Shown: positions 19,724 to 28,416, numbered from the stretch's first letter. The stretch: 64,000 bases of DNA from Stellaceae bacterium (GCA_035570595.1 DATMLF010000147.1:852-64851); one strand, 5' to 3'. Notes: a model not told the origin generated them from the sequence alone. Numbers and translations are program-made.

Positions 19724-20650
19724 TTAGCTGCGGCTGCAGGCGCCGCCGCCGAGCACGCAGAACTTGGCGCAGTGCGGGTGGTTGAGCGCCACCGGGCCGC
19801 TTGCCGCGGCGAGGCTCGCGCCGAGCTCGAAGCGCTCGTCATAGGGCAGGAGGGTGCAGGCGAGGACGGCGGGGCGTGCCGCCCCCTTGCGTTTCACGAC
19901 CATGCGCGCCGACCCGCACATGACGCTTTGGGGCGACTTGCCGAGAATACCCCAGCACGCCTCGGTGATCTCCGGCACTTCGGCGGCCTGGTCCATCTCG
20001 GGAAACACCATCAGCCGCACCGGGTCGGCGGCGTCGATCGCGACGCCAAGCTCGGCGAAGAGCCGAGCGAAGCCGGCGCGGATTTCGGTTTCCGACTCGC
20101 CGGACAGCCGGCGGCTCGCGACGTGCAGCGAGAACCCGTTGCGGGCGAGCCAGCACAGCCCGTCGATCGTCGGCTTCCAGCTGCGCCGGCCCCGCTCCGC
20201 CTCGTGGACGGCGGGGCCGTAATGGTCGATCGACACGCGGATCGTCAGCCGCTCCCCGTAGCGCTCGTTGAGCTGCCGCAACGCGGTCCTGCATTTGGCC
20301 ATCGGCTTCATTGCGTTGGTCAGCACCAGCGCGTCAAAACCCCGCGACAGAGCGTCGTCGAGCATTGCCGGCAGCTCGGCGTTCATGAACGGCTCGCCGC
20401 CGGTAAAGCCGATCAGTCTCGTCGGCAGCCCGCCCTCGGCGACCTCGTCGAGGAATCCGCCCACTTCAGAAGCTGACAAATAGGCCAATCGGTCGTTTTT
20501 CGGCGACGATTCAATGTAGCAGTGGCCGCAGGTCAGGTTGCACAACGTGCCGGTGTTGAACCACACCGTCTCCAGCGCCTTTAGCGCGACCTGAGCCCGC
20601 CGCTCGCCTGTGGCGGTCAAAAACGGGTCCTCGAACTTGCGCAGCTCCAC
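19724..20650 (-). CDS. Radical SAM protein with a Cys-rich C-terminal extension
   Basis: CNLTCGHC (Cx3Cx2C), GGEPFMN. The C-terminal part has 7 further Cys (...CWGILG..MCGS..ACTLLPYD..HPHCAKFCVLGGGAC). GTG start. Confidence 0.85.
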   Translation of the reverse strand: MELRKFEDPFLTATGERRAQVALKALETVWFNTGTLCNLTCGHCYIESSPKNDRLAYLSASEVGGFLDEVAEGGLPTRLIGFTGGEPFMNAELPAMLDDALSRGFDALVLTNAMKPMAKCRTALRQLNERYGERLTIRVSIDHYGPAVHEAERGRRSWKPTIDGLCWLARNGFSLHVASRRLSGESETEIRAGFARLFAELGVAIDAADPVRLMVFPEMDQAAEVPEITEACWGILGKSPQSVMCGSARMVVKRKGAARPAVLACTLLPYDERFELGASLAAASGPVALNHPHCAKFCVLGGGACSRS

Positions 20651-20739
20651 GGCGAGCCTACGACGGACAGTGTCCGATCGCGTCAGCTTAATGCCAAGCC
20701 GCCGGCTCGGCGACCCGTTTCTCCGCCCAGATCATCCGG

Positions 20740-21051
20740 TCAACGGCCGTAATTGGACCCGCCGTCGTAATTGGACCCGCGATGGTCGTAACTGGACCCG
20801 TTGCGGTCGTAATTGCTTGAACCCATCTGGTCTTGACGGGTGCGCTCCCGCGCGTGTTTGGCGGCTTCGTGATGACCGATGACGCAGCCGGCACCGGCCC
20901 CTAGGAGCCCGTGATGGCCGGCGAAATGTCCCGCGACACCGCCGATGACGGCGCCCTTCAGGCAGCCGGCGGCATGTGCCGGCGCGGCCGCGAGACCGGC
21001 CGCAAACAATACGCCTGCGGCAGCCGAGATCAGCGTGCGGTTCATGGGCAT
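20740..21051 (-). CDS. Gly-zipper, His-rich small (lipo)protein with a C-terminal SNYD repeat tail
   Basis: Signal peptide ending AHAAGC (weak lipobox). GAVIGGVAGHFAGHHGLLGAGAG glycine zipper. Tail GSSNYDRNGSSYDHRGSNYDGGSNYGR. Confidence 0.65.
   Translation of the reverse strand: MPMNRTLISAAAGVLFAAGLAAAPAHAAGCLKGAVIGGVAGHFAGHHGLLGAGAGCVIGHHEAAKHARERTRQDQMGSSNYDRNGSSYDHRGSNYDGGSNYGR
20745..20828 (-). repeat. Imperfect 18/21-nt tandem repeat x4 inside the Gly-zipper gene
   Basis: GTAATTGGACCCG-type units start at about 20748, 20766, 20787 and 20808. They encode the (G)SNYD units. Confidence 0.8.
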
Positions 21052-21257
21052 TCTCCATTCAGTTTAGCGGTTGGGTCGTCCCCTGCTAAACATCGTGGTC
21101 GCGGAAAAGGTTCGAGCAGGACCCGACATCGTTCTACCGTATGGCGCAAGCTGCCCCTTCGGCGCCCCGCAACCCCGCTTCCGGAATTGCGATTGACGGT
21201 GGTGCTCACCATGTTTTCTAGTTCCGGCGGTTGCCGGGGAACGAGACAGAACAGGAA

Positions 21258-22511
21258 ATGGAGCACCCGATCCCGCGTCACATCCGGCTCACCTCGCATC
21301 CGGCGAGCGCGGGCCACAGCGCGCCCCCATTGCGCTGGGGGGCCGCGACCCCCGCCGAGCGTGGCCCCGTTGTAGCGAGCCCGGCCGAGCCCGGCCGGCG
21401 CAACGCCATCGGCTCCTATTGTGGTGCCTACGGGATCTACCGCGCGCTGGCGGTGGCGACCAAGGCCCTGGCGCGGGATCACCGCCCGGACCTCACCGAC
21501 ACCGCGCCCGCCGCCCTGGTCGCGCCCAGCGCGCAATGGGGCGACCCGGCCAAGATCGTCTCGCTCGACCCTTGGGGTCACCTGGTCGGCGATGTTTTTG
21601 CCGCGGCGATCGCCACCGGCCTCGATGTCCGCCCGACCATCGCGGTCACCACCGCGCGTATCGCCATGCCCGAAATCCGGGAGCTGATGGCGACCGGAAA
21701 TCTTGCCCCCGACGGCGAGGTTTTGCTCGGGAACGGTGAGATCCGCGTCACCAAGGCGGCGATCGACCCGGTCTGGCATCTGCCTGGGTTGGCGGCACGC
21801 TTTGGCGTGGCCGAGAGCGACTTGCGGCGCAGCCTCTTCGAGGAAACCGGGGGGATGTTCCCCGAGCTCGTCACCCGCCCCGACCTCGAGGTGCTGCTGC
21901 CGCCGGCCGGCGGGACGACCGTCTACCTGTTCGGCGAGCCGGAGCGGCTGGCGTCACCCGACGCGATCGTGGCGTGCCGCGTTCATGACGAGTGCAACGG
22001 GTCGGACGTGTTCGGCTCCGACATCTGCACCTGCCGACCCTACCTCGTGCACGGCATCGAAGTGTGTGTCGCGACGGCACAGCAGGGCGGGGTCGGCATC
22101 ATCGTCTACAACCGCAAGGAAGGCAGGGCGCTCGGCGAGGTCACCAAATTCCTCGTCTACAACGCGCGCAAGCGGCAGCCCGGTGGCGACCGCGCCGACA
22201 CCTATTTCCGCCGCACCGAATGCGTCGCCGGGGTGCAGGACCTGCGCTTTCAGGAATTGATGCCTGATGTCTTGCATTGGCTCGGCGTGCGCCGCATCGA
22301 CCGCTGGGTGTCGATGTCGAACATGAAGCGGGCGGCGCTCGAAGCCCAAGGGATCGCGATCGTCGAGCAGGTGGCGATCCCGGAACGGCTGGTGCCGGCC
22401 GACGCTTCGGTCGAGATCGCGGCCAAAAAGGCGGCCGGGTATTTCGCCCCGGCGGGCATGCCGGACACATCGGCATTGCACGGCGTAAAGGGTCGTGCCC
22501 TCGGCGAGTGA
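21258..22511 (+). CDS. GTP cyclohydrolase II-like protein with a long N-terminal extension (URC1-type architecture)
   Basis: ATG 21258 after ACAGGAA. RibA-like zinc motif CRVHDEC-x10-CTC, KEGRALGE, and a LHWLGVRRIDRWVSMSN tail. About 190 aa precede the RibA-like domain. Confidence 0.8.
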   Translation: MEHPIPRHIRLTSHPASAGHSAPPLRWGAATPAERGPVVASPAEPGRRNAIGSYCGAYGIYRALAVATKALARDHRPDLTDTAPAALVAPSAQWGDPAKIVSLDPWGHLVGDVFAAAIATGLDVRPTIAVTTARIAMPEIRELMATGNLAPDGEVLLGNGEIRVTKAAIDPVWHLPGLAARFGVAESDLRRSLFEETGGMFPELVTRPDLEVLLPPAGGTTVYLFGEPERLASPDAIVACRVHDECNGSDVFGSDICTCRPYLVHGIEVCVATAQQGGVGIIVYNRKEGRALGEVTKFLVYNARKRQPGGDRADTYFRRTECVAGVQDLRFQELMPDVLHWLGVRRIDRWVSMSNMKRAALEAQGIAIVEQVAIPERLVPADASVEIAAKKAAGYFAPAGMPDTSALHGVKGRALGE

Positions 22512-23703
22512 CGGCGCGGCGGGTGCCGTGGCGCTGCTCCGCGCCGCGGCGGTGCGCGAGCGCTGCGAGATCGTGTTCGCCGCTGCCGAACAGGGGGAGA
22601 CACCGCATTTCCGGCTTGACCTGGGTCGCCTTGGCGAGGTCGCCGACCGCGTTGCCGCCGTCACGCGCCGCCGCTATCCCAATCTTGCCGTCCCGCCGCA
22701 CAGCCGCTGGCGCCACTTCTCGGTGGGCGGGATCGAACGCGCCGCGCTCGTTGCCGCCGACGCCGACAAGGACGAGCGGGCGCGGGCGCGGATCGATCTC
22801 GCGGTCGTGTCGGTGCTGCTCGACGCCGGGACCGGCCAGGGGTGGCGCTACCATGAGGCCGAAACCGGCCAGCGGTGGGGCCGCTCGGAAGGGCTGGCGG
22901 TGGCGAGCCTGCGGGCGATGCAGCGGGGTCTGTTCTCCGCCGACCCGACAAACCCGTGGCGCGCCGACGCGGCGGCGCTGGCGCGGATCACGCCCGAAGG
23001 TCTCGCCAGCGCGTTTCAGCATGGCCCCGGCAATGAAATTGTCGGGCTCGAAGGCCGCGCCCGATTGCTGCGCCGGCTGGGCGAGGTTTGCGCCGCCGAC
23101 CCCGCTCGGTTTGGCGCGCCGGCGCGGCCTGGCGGGCTCTACGATCACTGGCGGGCCGAGGGCGGCGTCACCGCGCCCGAAATCCTCGCCACGTTGCTTC
23201 GGGCATTGGGTCCGGTGTGGCCGGCGCGGATCAGCTGGGGCGGCGTCTCGCTCGGCGACTGCGGGCGCCACCGGTCGGTGCCGGGCGACGGTTTCGTGCC
23301 GTTTCACAAGCTCTCGCAATGGCTTGCGTATTCTTTGATCGAGCCGCTTGAAGCGGGCGGCGTCCGCGTCACCCGCCGCGACGGGCTGACCGGGCTCGCC
23401 GAGTACCGTAACGGCGGGCTCTTTCTCGATTGCGGCGTGATCATGGCTCGCGACCCGGGGCTCCTGTCGCGCCCGCTCGACGGGGCGAGCGAGCCGGTTG
23501 TCGAGTGGCGGGCCCTCACGGTCGCGCTGCTCGACCGGCTGGCACCCGAGGTCCGCGCCCGGCTCCGCAAGAGCGCCACGGAGTTCCCGCTCGCATGCAT
23601 GCTTGAAGGCGGCAGCTGGGCGGCCGGGCGCGAGGTCGCCTTCGACCGCCGGCCCGACGGCCGCGCGCCGATAAACGTCGTCAGCGACGGCACCTTGTTC
23701 TAA
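22495..23703 (+). CDS. DUF1688 family protein (URC4-type)
   Basis: 402 aa. GTG 22495 overlaps the upstream stop by 17 nt. The family is recognised by overall sequence pattern (RYPNLAVPPHSRWRHF..., HKLSQWLAYSLIEPL, FLDCGV), from memory and not verified by search. Confidence 0.7.
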   Translation: MPSASDGAAGAVALLRAAAVRERCEIVFAAAEQGETPHFRLDLGRLGEVADRVAAVTRRRYPNLAVPPHSRWRHFSVGGIERAALVAADADKDERARARIDLAVVSVLLDAGTGQGWRYHEAETGQRWGRSEGLAVASLRAMQRGLFSADPTNPWRADAAALARITPEGLASAFQHGPGNEIVGLEGRARLLRRLGEVCAADPARFGAPARPGGLYDHWRAEGGVTAPEILATLLRALGPVWPARISWGGVSLGDCGRHRSVPGDGFVPFHKLSQWLAYSLIEPLEAGGVRVTRRDGLTGLAEYRNGGLFLDCGVIMARDPGLLSRPLDGASEPVVEWRALTVALLDRLAPEVRARLRKSATEFPLACMLEGGSWAAGREVAFDRRPDGRAPINVVSDGTLF

Positions 23704-24036
23704 ACGTGCCAACGCCCCGGTCCACGCATGTTCCGCCGCCGCCTGCTGGCGTCTTCCAGATAGCCGGAAAGGGCCGGCCCGAGCGCGGTGCACAGCATGC
23801 GCGCGCCGCATGCGAAAGCTTCGCATCGAAGGACGGTGGTCGTCGAACGCCGCACATTTGCCAGCGACCGATCGCTCTGGGGGACGAACTTGAAGCCGCC
23901 GAGTTGCCGATTGCGGATTTGGCCCACAACACAGATTCTGCTCGCGTCGGTCGTAAAGCGCAGAATTCTCGCGCGCTCGGTAGCGATAGCGTTCTTTCCG
24001 CGCGTGGCTCGGCCCCTCACCCCGGCCGAGAAGTTA

Positions 24037-24921
24037 TCAGCCCTTCGCGACCTGGTGATGGGCGAGGTGCTCGAGGACGCGCACCAGCCCCGAGTGATCC
24101 CACCCCTTGCCGCCAAGTGCCGCGGCGGCGTTGAACAATTCCTGCGTCGTCGCGGTGTTGGGCAACGACATGCTCAATGCCCGCGCCCCCTGCAGGGCCA
24201 GGCTCAAGTCCTTTTGGTGCAGCTCGATGCGAAAGCCGGGGTCGAAGGCGCGCTTGATCATGCGCTCGCCATGGATTTCGAGGATCCGCGAGGAGGCGAA
24301 GCCGCCCATCAGCGCCTGCCTGACCTTGGCCGGGTCGGCCCCGGCCTTGGATGCGAACACCAACGCCTCGCCGACCGCCTCGATCGTCAGCGCGACGATG
24401 ATCTGGTTGGCGACCTTGGTCGTCTGCCCGGCGCCGACCTCGCCGACCAGGGTGATGTTCTTGCCCATCAGGTCGAACAATGGCTTGACCTTGGCGAAAT
24501 CGCCCTCGGAGCCGCCGACCATGATCGTCAACGACGCCGCCTTGGCGCCGACCTCGCCGCCGGAGACCGGCGCATCGACGTAGCCGCAGCCTTTTTTGGC
24601 GATCTCGGCCGCGAATTCCTTGGTCTCGATCGGTGAGATCGAGCTCATGTCGACGACGGTCTTGCCCGGCGCCAGCCCCTCGGCGACCCCGCCCGAGTCG
24701 AACAGCACGCTCTTTACATCGGGCGTGTCCGGCACCATTAGGATCACGACCTCGGCGCGCGCGGCGATCTCCTTCAACGTATCGCACACCGTGGCGCCGG
24801 CCTCGCGCACATCCGCCGGCAAGCGGCGTTTGCCAAAGACGAACAATTCGTGGCCGCCCTTGACCAAGTTGAGGGCCATCGGGTGCCCCATGATGCCGAG
24901 CCCGACAAAACCGATCTTCAT
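24037..24921 (-). CDS. 2-hydroxy-3-oxopropionate (tartronate semialdehyde) reductase-type beta-hydroxyacid dehydrogenase
   Basis: MKIGFVGLGIMGHPMA Rossmann motif, DAPVSGGEVGA, GAGQTTKVANQ, and GFRIELHQKDL. Collinear with my recollection of E. coli GarR/GlxR. Confidence 0.9.
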   Translation of the reverse strand: MKIGFVGLGIMGHPMALNLVKGGHELFVFGKRRLPADVREAGATVCDTLKEIAARAEVVILMVPDTPDVKSVLFDSGGVAEGLAPGKTVVDMSSISPIETKEFAAEIAKKGCGYVDAPVSGGEVGAKAASLTIMVGGSEGDFAKVKPLFDLMGKNITLVGEVGAGQTTKVANQIIVALTIEAVGEALVFASKAGADPAKVRQALMGGFASSRILEIHGERMIKRAFDPGFRIELHQKDLSLALQGARALSMSLPNTATTQELFNAAAALGGKGWDHSGLVRVLEHLAHHQVAKG

Positions 24922-25055
24922 GACCCCTCCTGCCCGAATCGAAGAACCGCGCTCGCCGCACAGTGCCCCAGCTCAGCCCGAGCGCTCAAGCGCCGCGCAC
25001 GCCTCGACCGCATTCGCTGTGCTAGGATGCGGAAGCCAGGATTGGAGGCGCGGCA

Positions 25056-25499
25056 ATGGCCCGCAACGCCGTCGATTACGAGGAAGATTTCTACGCCTGG
25101 ACCGTCGACCAGGCGCGGCTGTTGCGCGCCGGCGAGTTGTCCACGATCGACGCCGCCAACCTTGCCGAGGAGATCGAGAGCATGGGGCGCAGCGATCGGC
25201 GAGAATTGCAGAGCCGACTCGCCGGGCTGACGATGCACTTGTTGAAATGGCGGTTCCAACCCTCGGCAAGGTCGCGGAGCTGGTCGGCGACGATCGAGGA
25301 ACAGCGGCTGCAGATCGAGCAGGTTTTCGCCGAGTCGCCCAGCCTGCGGCCGCTCGCCGCCGGCATGTTGCAGCAAGCCTATCCGATCGCCCGCGCACGT
25401 GCCATCGCCGAGACCGGTCTTGCCGATGACCTGTTACCCACCCTTTGCCCTTTTGCTGTCGACGAAATGTTGTCGCGCTCGTTTCTGCCGCAGCCGTAG
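25056..25499 (+). CDS. DUF29 domain protein
   Basis: YEEDFYAWTVDQARLLR...ANLAEEIESMGRSDRRELQSRL..HLLKW pattern. Confidence 0.75.
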   Translation: MARNAVDYEEDFYAWTVDQARLLRAGELSTIDAANLAEEIESMGRSDRRELQSRLAGLTMHLLKWRFQPSARSRSWSATIEEQRLQIEQVFAESPSLRPLAAGMLQQAYPIARARAIAETGLADDLLPTLCPFAVDEMLSRSFLPQP

Positions 25500-25507
25500 G
25501 GGGCCGC

Positions 25508-26395
25508 TCATCCGGCGAAATGGCGCAAGAGCCAGCTCAGGGTCGCCTCGGGCGCCTCCTCCGGCACGTAATGGCCGCAGGGCAGCGCACCGCCCCAGGC
25601 GTCGTTCGCGTAATCGCGCTGCCAGACCGCCAGCACGTCGCCGTGCACGCCCTCGGTGTGGCTCTTCGCCCCCCAGATCACCAAGAGCGGCACGGTGATC
25701 TTGTGCCCGGCCGCGAAATCGGCCTTGTCCATCTCGAAGTCGCAGGTTGCGCATGCGCGGTAGTCGGCGCATGACCCCTTGATCGTCTTCCAGTTGAAGC
25801 AGCGGACGTACTCGGCGAACGCCTCGGGGTCGAAAAACCCGAGGCCGAGGCCGGGCTTCGACAGTTTCTTTTCCATGAAATACTGCGCCGGGATGCCGGC
25901 CAGCATCCGCTCCGGAAAGTCGTAGGGCTGCGCCATCATTGCCCAGTGCCACGAGCGCAACGCCCATTCCCGCGAGGTGTGGGTCCAGATGTGGTGGTTC
26001 GGCAAGATGTCGATCAGCGCCGCCCGCTTGACCCGGTCGGGATGGTCGAGGCACATGCGCGCGGTGGTGCGGGCGCCGCGGTCATGCCCGGCGACAAAGA
26101 ACTCGCGGTAGCCGAGCTTCTCCATGACCTCGACCTGGTCCTGCGCCATCGCCCGGAACGAATAGTTGAGGTTGTTCTCGCCGGCGTCGTCGGAGCCGAC
26201 GCTGTCGCCATAGCCGCGCAGGTCGGCCGCCACGACGTGAAAGCGCTTCGCCAAATCCGGCGCGATCTTGCCCCACGAGGCGTGGGTCAGCGGGTTGCCG
26301 TGCAGCAGCAACAGGGGCGGCCCGTCGCCGCCATGGCGCAGATTGATCCGCGCGCTCGAAGTCTCGATTTCCGTCCGGGTGAATCCTTCAAACAT
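25508..26395 (-). CDS. Haloacetate/fluoroacetate dehalogenase-type alpha/beta hydrolase
   Basis: LLLHGNP, GHDRGAR (Asp nucleophile plus two Arg), SWHWAM, and CADYRA motifs. Confidence 0.8.
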   Translation of the reverse strand: MFEGFTRTEIETSSARINLRHGGDGPPLLLLHGNPLTHASWGKIAPDLAKRFHVVAADLRGYGDSVGSDDAGENNLNYSFRAMAQDQVEVMEKLGYREFFVAGHDRGARTTARMCLDHPDRVKRAALIDILPNHHIWTHTSREWALRSWHWAMMAQPYDFPERMLAGIPAQYFMEKKLSKPGLGLGFFDPEAFAEYVRCFNWKTIKGSCADYRACATCDFEMDKADFAAGHKITVPLLVIWGAKSHTEGVHGDVLAVWQRDYANDAWGGALPCGHYVPEEAPEATLSWLLRHFAG

Positions 26396-26423
26396 TCATC
26401 TCTCCTTTCCGCGCTTCACACAT

Positions 26424-26523
26424 CGTCTTGGCCGGGCTTGACCCGGCCATCCACGCCTTCGTTCGGCTTGACGCGGCCGGTTCCAAGACGTGGATACCCG
26501 GCACGAGGTCGGGCAAAGCGACC
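26424..26523. repeat. REP-like imperfect palindrome, family A
   Basis: Arms CGTCTTGGCCGGGCTTGACCCGGCCATCCACGCC and GACGTGGATACCCGGCACGAGGTCGGGCAAAGCGAC are near reverse complements. Intergenic. Related copy at 47732-47818. Confidence 0.8.
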
Positions 26524-26639
26524 AAGGGTAGGGCCAACAGAAGATGCGAGAGCACCGCCCGGCCGGCAAAATAGCGGGTTCGATCGGCGGTTGCGAGGAA
26601 GGGCTTTCCCCGCGGCTGCAAGGCAGGTAAGACTTCCGG

Positions 26640-28367
26640 TTGAGTGGCCAGCGGGGCGAGGGTAGGTTGGGGGACCGCCGGTTCGTCGTCGAGTTGATCA
26701 AGCCGTCGCACTACGACGATGACGGCTATGTGATCCAGTGGTGGAAATCGTGGATCCCGTCGAACTCGCTCGCCTGCCTCTACGGGATCGCGACCGACAT
26801 CGCCGCGCGCAGGGTGCTCGGGCCCGATGTCGCGGTCGAAATCCACGCCTATGACGAATGCCACACGGTCATCCCGATTCGCAGCATCATCCGGCGGATA
26901 AAGGCGGCCGACGCCGGGCTCGTCTGCCTTGTCGGCGTCCAGTCGAACCAGTTCCCGCGGGCGATGGACCTGGCGGCGCGCTTGCGCGAGGCGGGCGTCG
27001 CGGTCGCGGTCGGCGGGTTTCACGTCTCGGGCTGCCTGGCAATGCTGCCGGACCTGCCGCCGGATCTCGAACAGGCGCGCGACCGTGGCGTCACCCTGTT
27101 CGCCGGCGAGGCCGAGGGCCGGCTCGAAGCGGTGTTCGCCGACGCGCTCGCCGGGCGGTTGCGTCCGGTCTACAATTTCATGGACGAGCTGCCGGGGCTC
27201 CAGCAGCAGGTCACCCCGTTTCTGCCGATCGACATCGTGCGCCGCTACGGCGAGACGATCGGCGCCTTCGACGCCGGGCGCGGCTGCCCGTTCCAGTGCA
27301 GCTTTTGCACGATCATCAACGTCCAGGGCAGGAAATCGCGCTGGCGCGACGCCGACGACGTCGAGCGCCTGGTGCGCGCCAACCTCGCGCAGGGTGTGTT
27401 CCGCTTTTTCATCACCGACGACAATTTCGCGCGCAACCGCAATTGGGAGGCGATCTTCGACCGGCTGATCCAGATGCGCGAGCAGGAAGGGCTGCGCCTG
27501 CAATTCATCATCCAGGTCGACACCTTGTGCCACCGCATCCCGAATTTTGTCGAGAAGGCCGCCCGCGCCGGCTGCAAGCGGGTCTTTGTCGGGCTCGAAA
27601 ACGTCAACCCCGACAACCTGCTTTCGGCCAAGAAAAAGCAGAACCGCGTGCACGAATACCGGGCGATGTTCCTCGCCTGGCGGAGGCACCAGGTCATCAC
27701 CTACGCCGGCTACATTCTCGGGTTCCCCGGCGACACGCCGGAGCGGATCGCGCGCGACATCGCTACCGTGCAGCGGGAATTGCCGGTCGACCTGTTGGAG
27801 TTCTTCATCCTGACACCGTTGCCGGGCTCGGCCGACCACCAGGCGCTCGATGCCGAGCGCGTGTGGATGGACCCCGACATGAACAAGTACGACCTCGAGC
27901 ACGTCACGACCGGGCACCCGGTCATGTCGGCCGGGGAATGGCAAAGGGTCTACCGCGCGGCCTGGGATCTCTATTATTCAACCGAGCACATCGAAACCAT
28001 CTTTCGGCGCGCCAAGGCCAGCGGCATCAAGCCGGTGCGATTGTTAAATCACATCCTGCAATTCTATTTCACCTTTCTTCAAGAAAAGGTGCATCCGTTG
28101 CAGGGCGGCTATTTCCGCCGCAAGGTCCGACGCAGCCGCCGCGCGGGCCTGCCGCGCGAAAACCCGCTGGTCTTCTACCCGCGTCGGGTCATCGAAGTCG
28201 TCGACACCCACGCTCGGCTCGCTTCCTTCTATCTTTACCTGCATCGCATTCGCCGCCGCGTCGAGCGCGACCAGCACCCTTACGCCGACCCGGCGCTCGC
28301 CCCGCTCGCCGACCCGGCGCCGATCTCCCGCCGCGACCCCGCCCCCGCAACCCCCGCCGCCGCCTAA
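26640..28367 (+). CDS. B12-binding-domain radical SAM protein (class B type), substrate unknown
   Basis: 575 aa. N-terminal Rossmann-like LVCLVGVQSNQF...AVGGFHVSG. CPFQCSFC (Cx3Cx2C). Pro/Ala/Arg-rich C-terminal tail. TTG start is uncertain. Confidence 0.85.
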   Translation: MSGQRGEGRLGDRRFVVELIKPSHYDDDGYVIQWWKSWIPSNSLACLYGIATDIAARRVLGPDVAVEIHAYDECHTVIPIRSIIRRIKAADAGLVCLVGVQSNQFPRAMDLAARLREAGVAVAVGGFHVSGCLAMLPDLPPDLEQARDRGVTLFAGEAEGRLEAVFADALAGRLRPVYNFMDELPGLQQQVTPFLPIDIVRRYGETIGAFDAGRGCPFQCSFCTIINVQGRKSRWRDADDVERLVRANLAQGVFRFFITDDNFARNRNWEAIFDRLIQMREQEGLRLQFIIQVDTLCHRIPNFVEKAARAGCKRVFVGLENVNPDNLLSAKKKQNRVHEYRAMFLAWRRHQVITYAGYILGFPGDTPERIARDIATVQRELPVDLLEFFILTPLPGSADHQALDAERVWMDPDMNKYDLEHVTTGHPVMSAGEWQRVYRAAWDLYYSTEHIETIFRRAKASGIKPVRLLNHILQFYFTFLQEKVHPLQGGYFRRKVRRSRRAGLPRENPLVFYPRRVIEVVDTHARLASFYLYLHRIRRRVERDQHPYADPALAPLADPAPISRRDPAPATPAAA

Positions 28368-28416
28368 CCTACGCGTCTTCGCCCGCGCGTCCGGTCGGCA
28401 CGAGCGAACAGCAAGC

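Noticed and set aside
19724-21051. The small repeat protein + radical SAM pair as a RiPP precursor/maturase, with Tyr-x-x motifs repeated in the tail.
   Set aside because: The small protein has a Sec/lipoprotein-type signal peptide and a glycine zipper typical of OsmB-like envelope proteins, not a leader peptide. No RRE, peptidase or exporter gene is present. The locus is kept only as a low-confidence linkage observation.
21052-21257. FMN (RFN) riboswitch upstream of the RibA-like gene.
   Set aside because: The conserved RFN core segments are absent; only fortuitous short matches such as CCGGAATT were seen.
23704-24036. A 333-bp gap with overlapping ORFs (23706-24134 +, 23700-24116 -).
   Set aside because: The ORFs run into the GarR-like gene in the wrong frame or strand and are low-complexity. 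No family was recognised, so the region is left as intergenic.
24037-24921. The beta-hydroxyacid dehydrogenase as the missing malonate-semialdehyde reductase (URC8-like step) of the URC-type pair.
   Set aside because: It is convergent rather than co-oriented, and it is collinear with standard tartronate semialdehyde reductases. The link is pure speculation.
26396-26639. Cobalamin riboswitch upstream of the B12-type radical SAM gene.
   Set aside because: I could not find the conserved B12-box or the GGTG...AATCC core. The region is largely explained by the family A palindrome.
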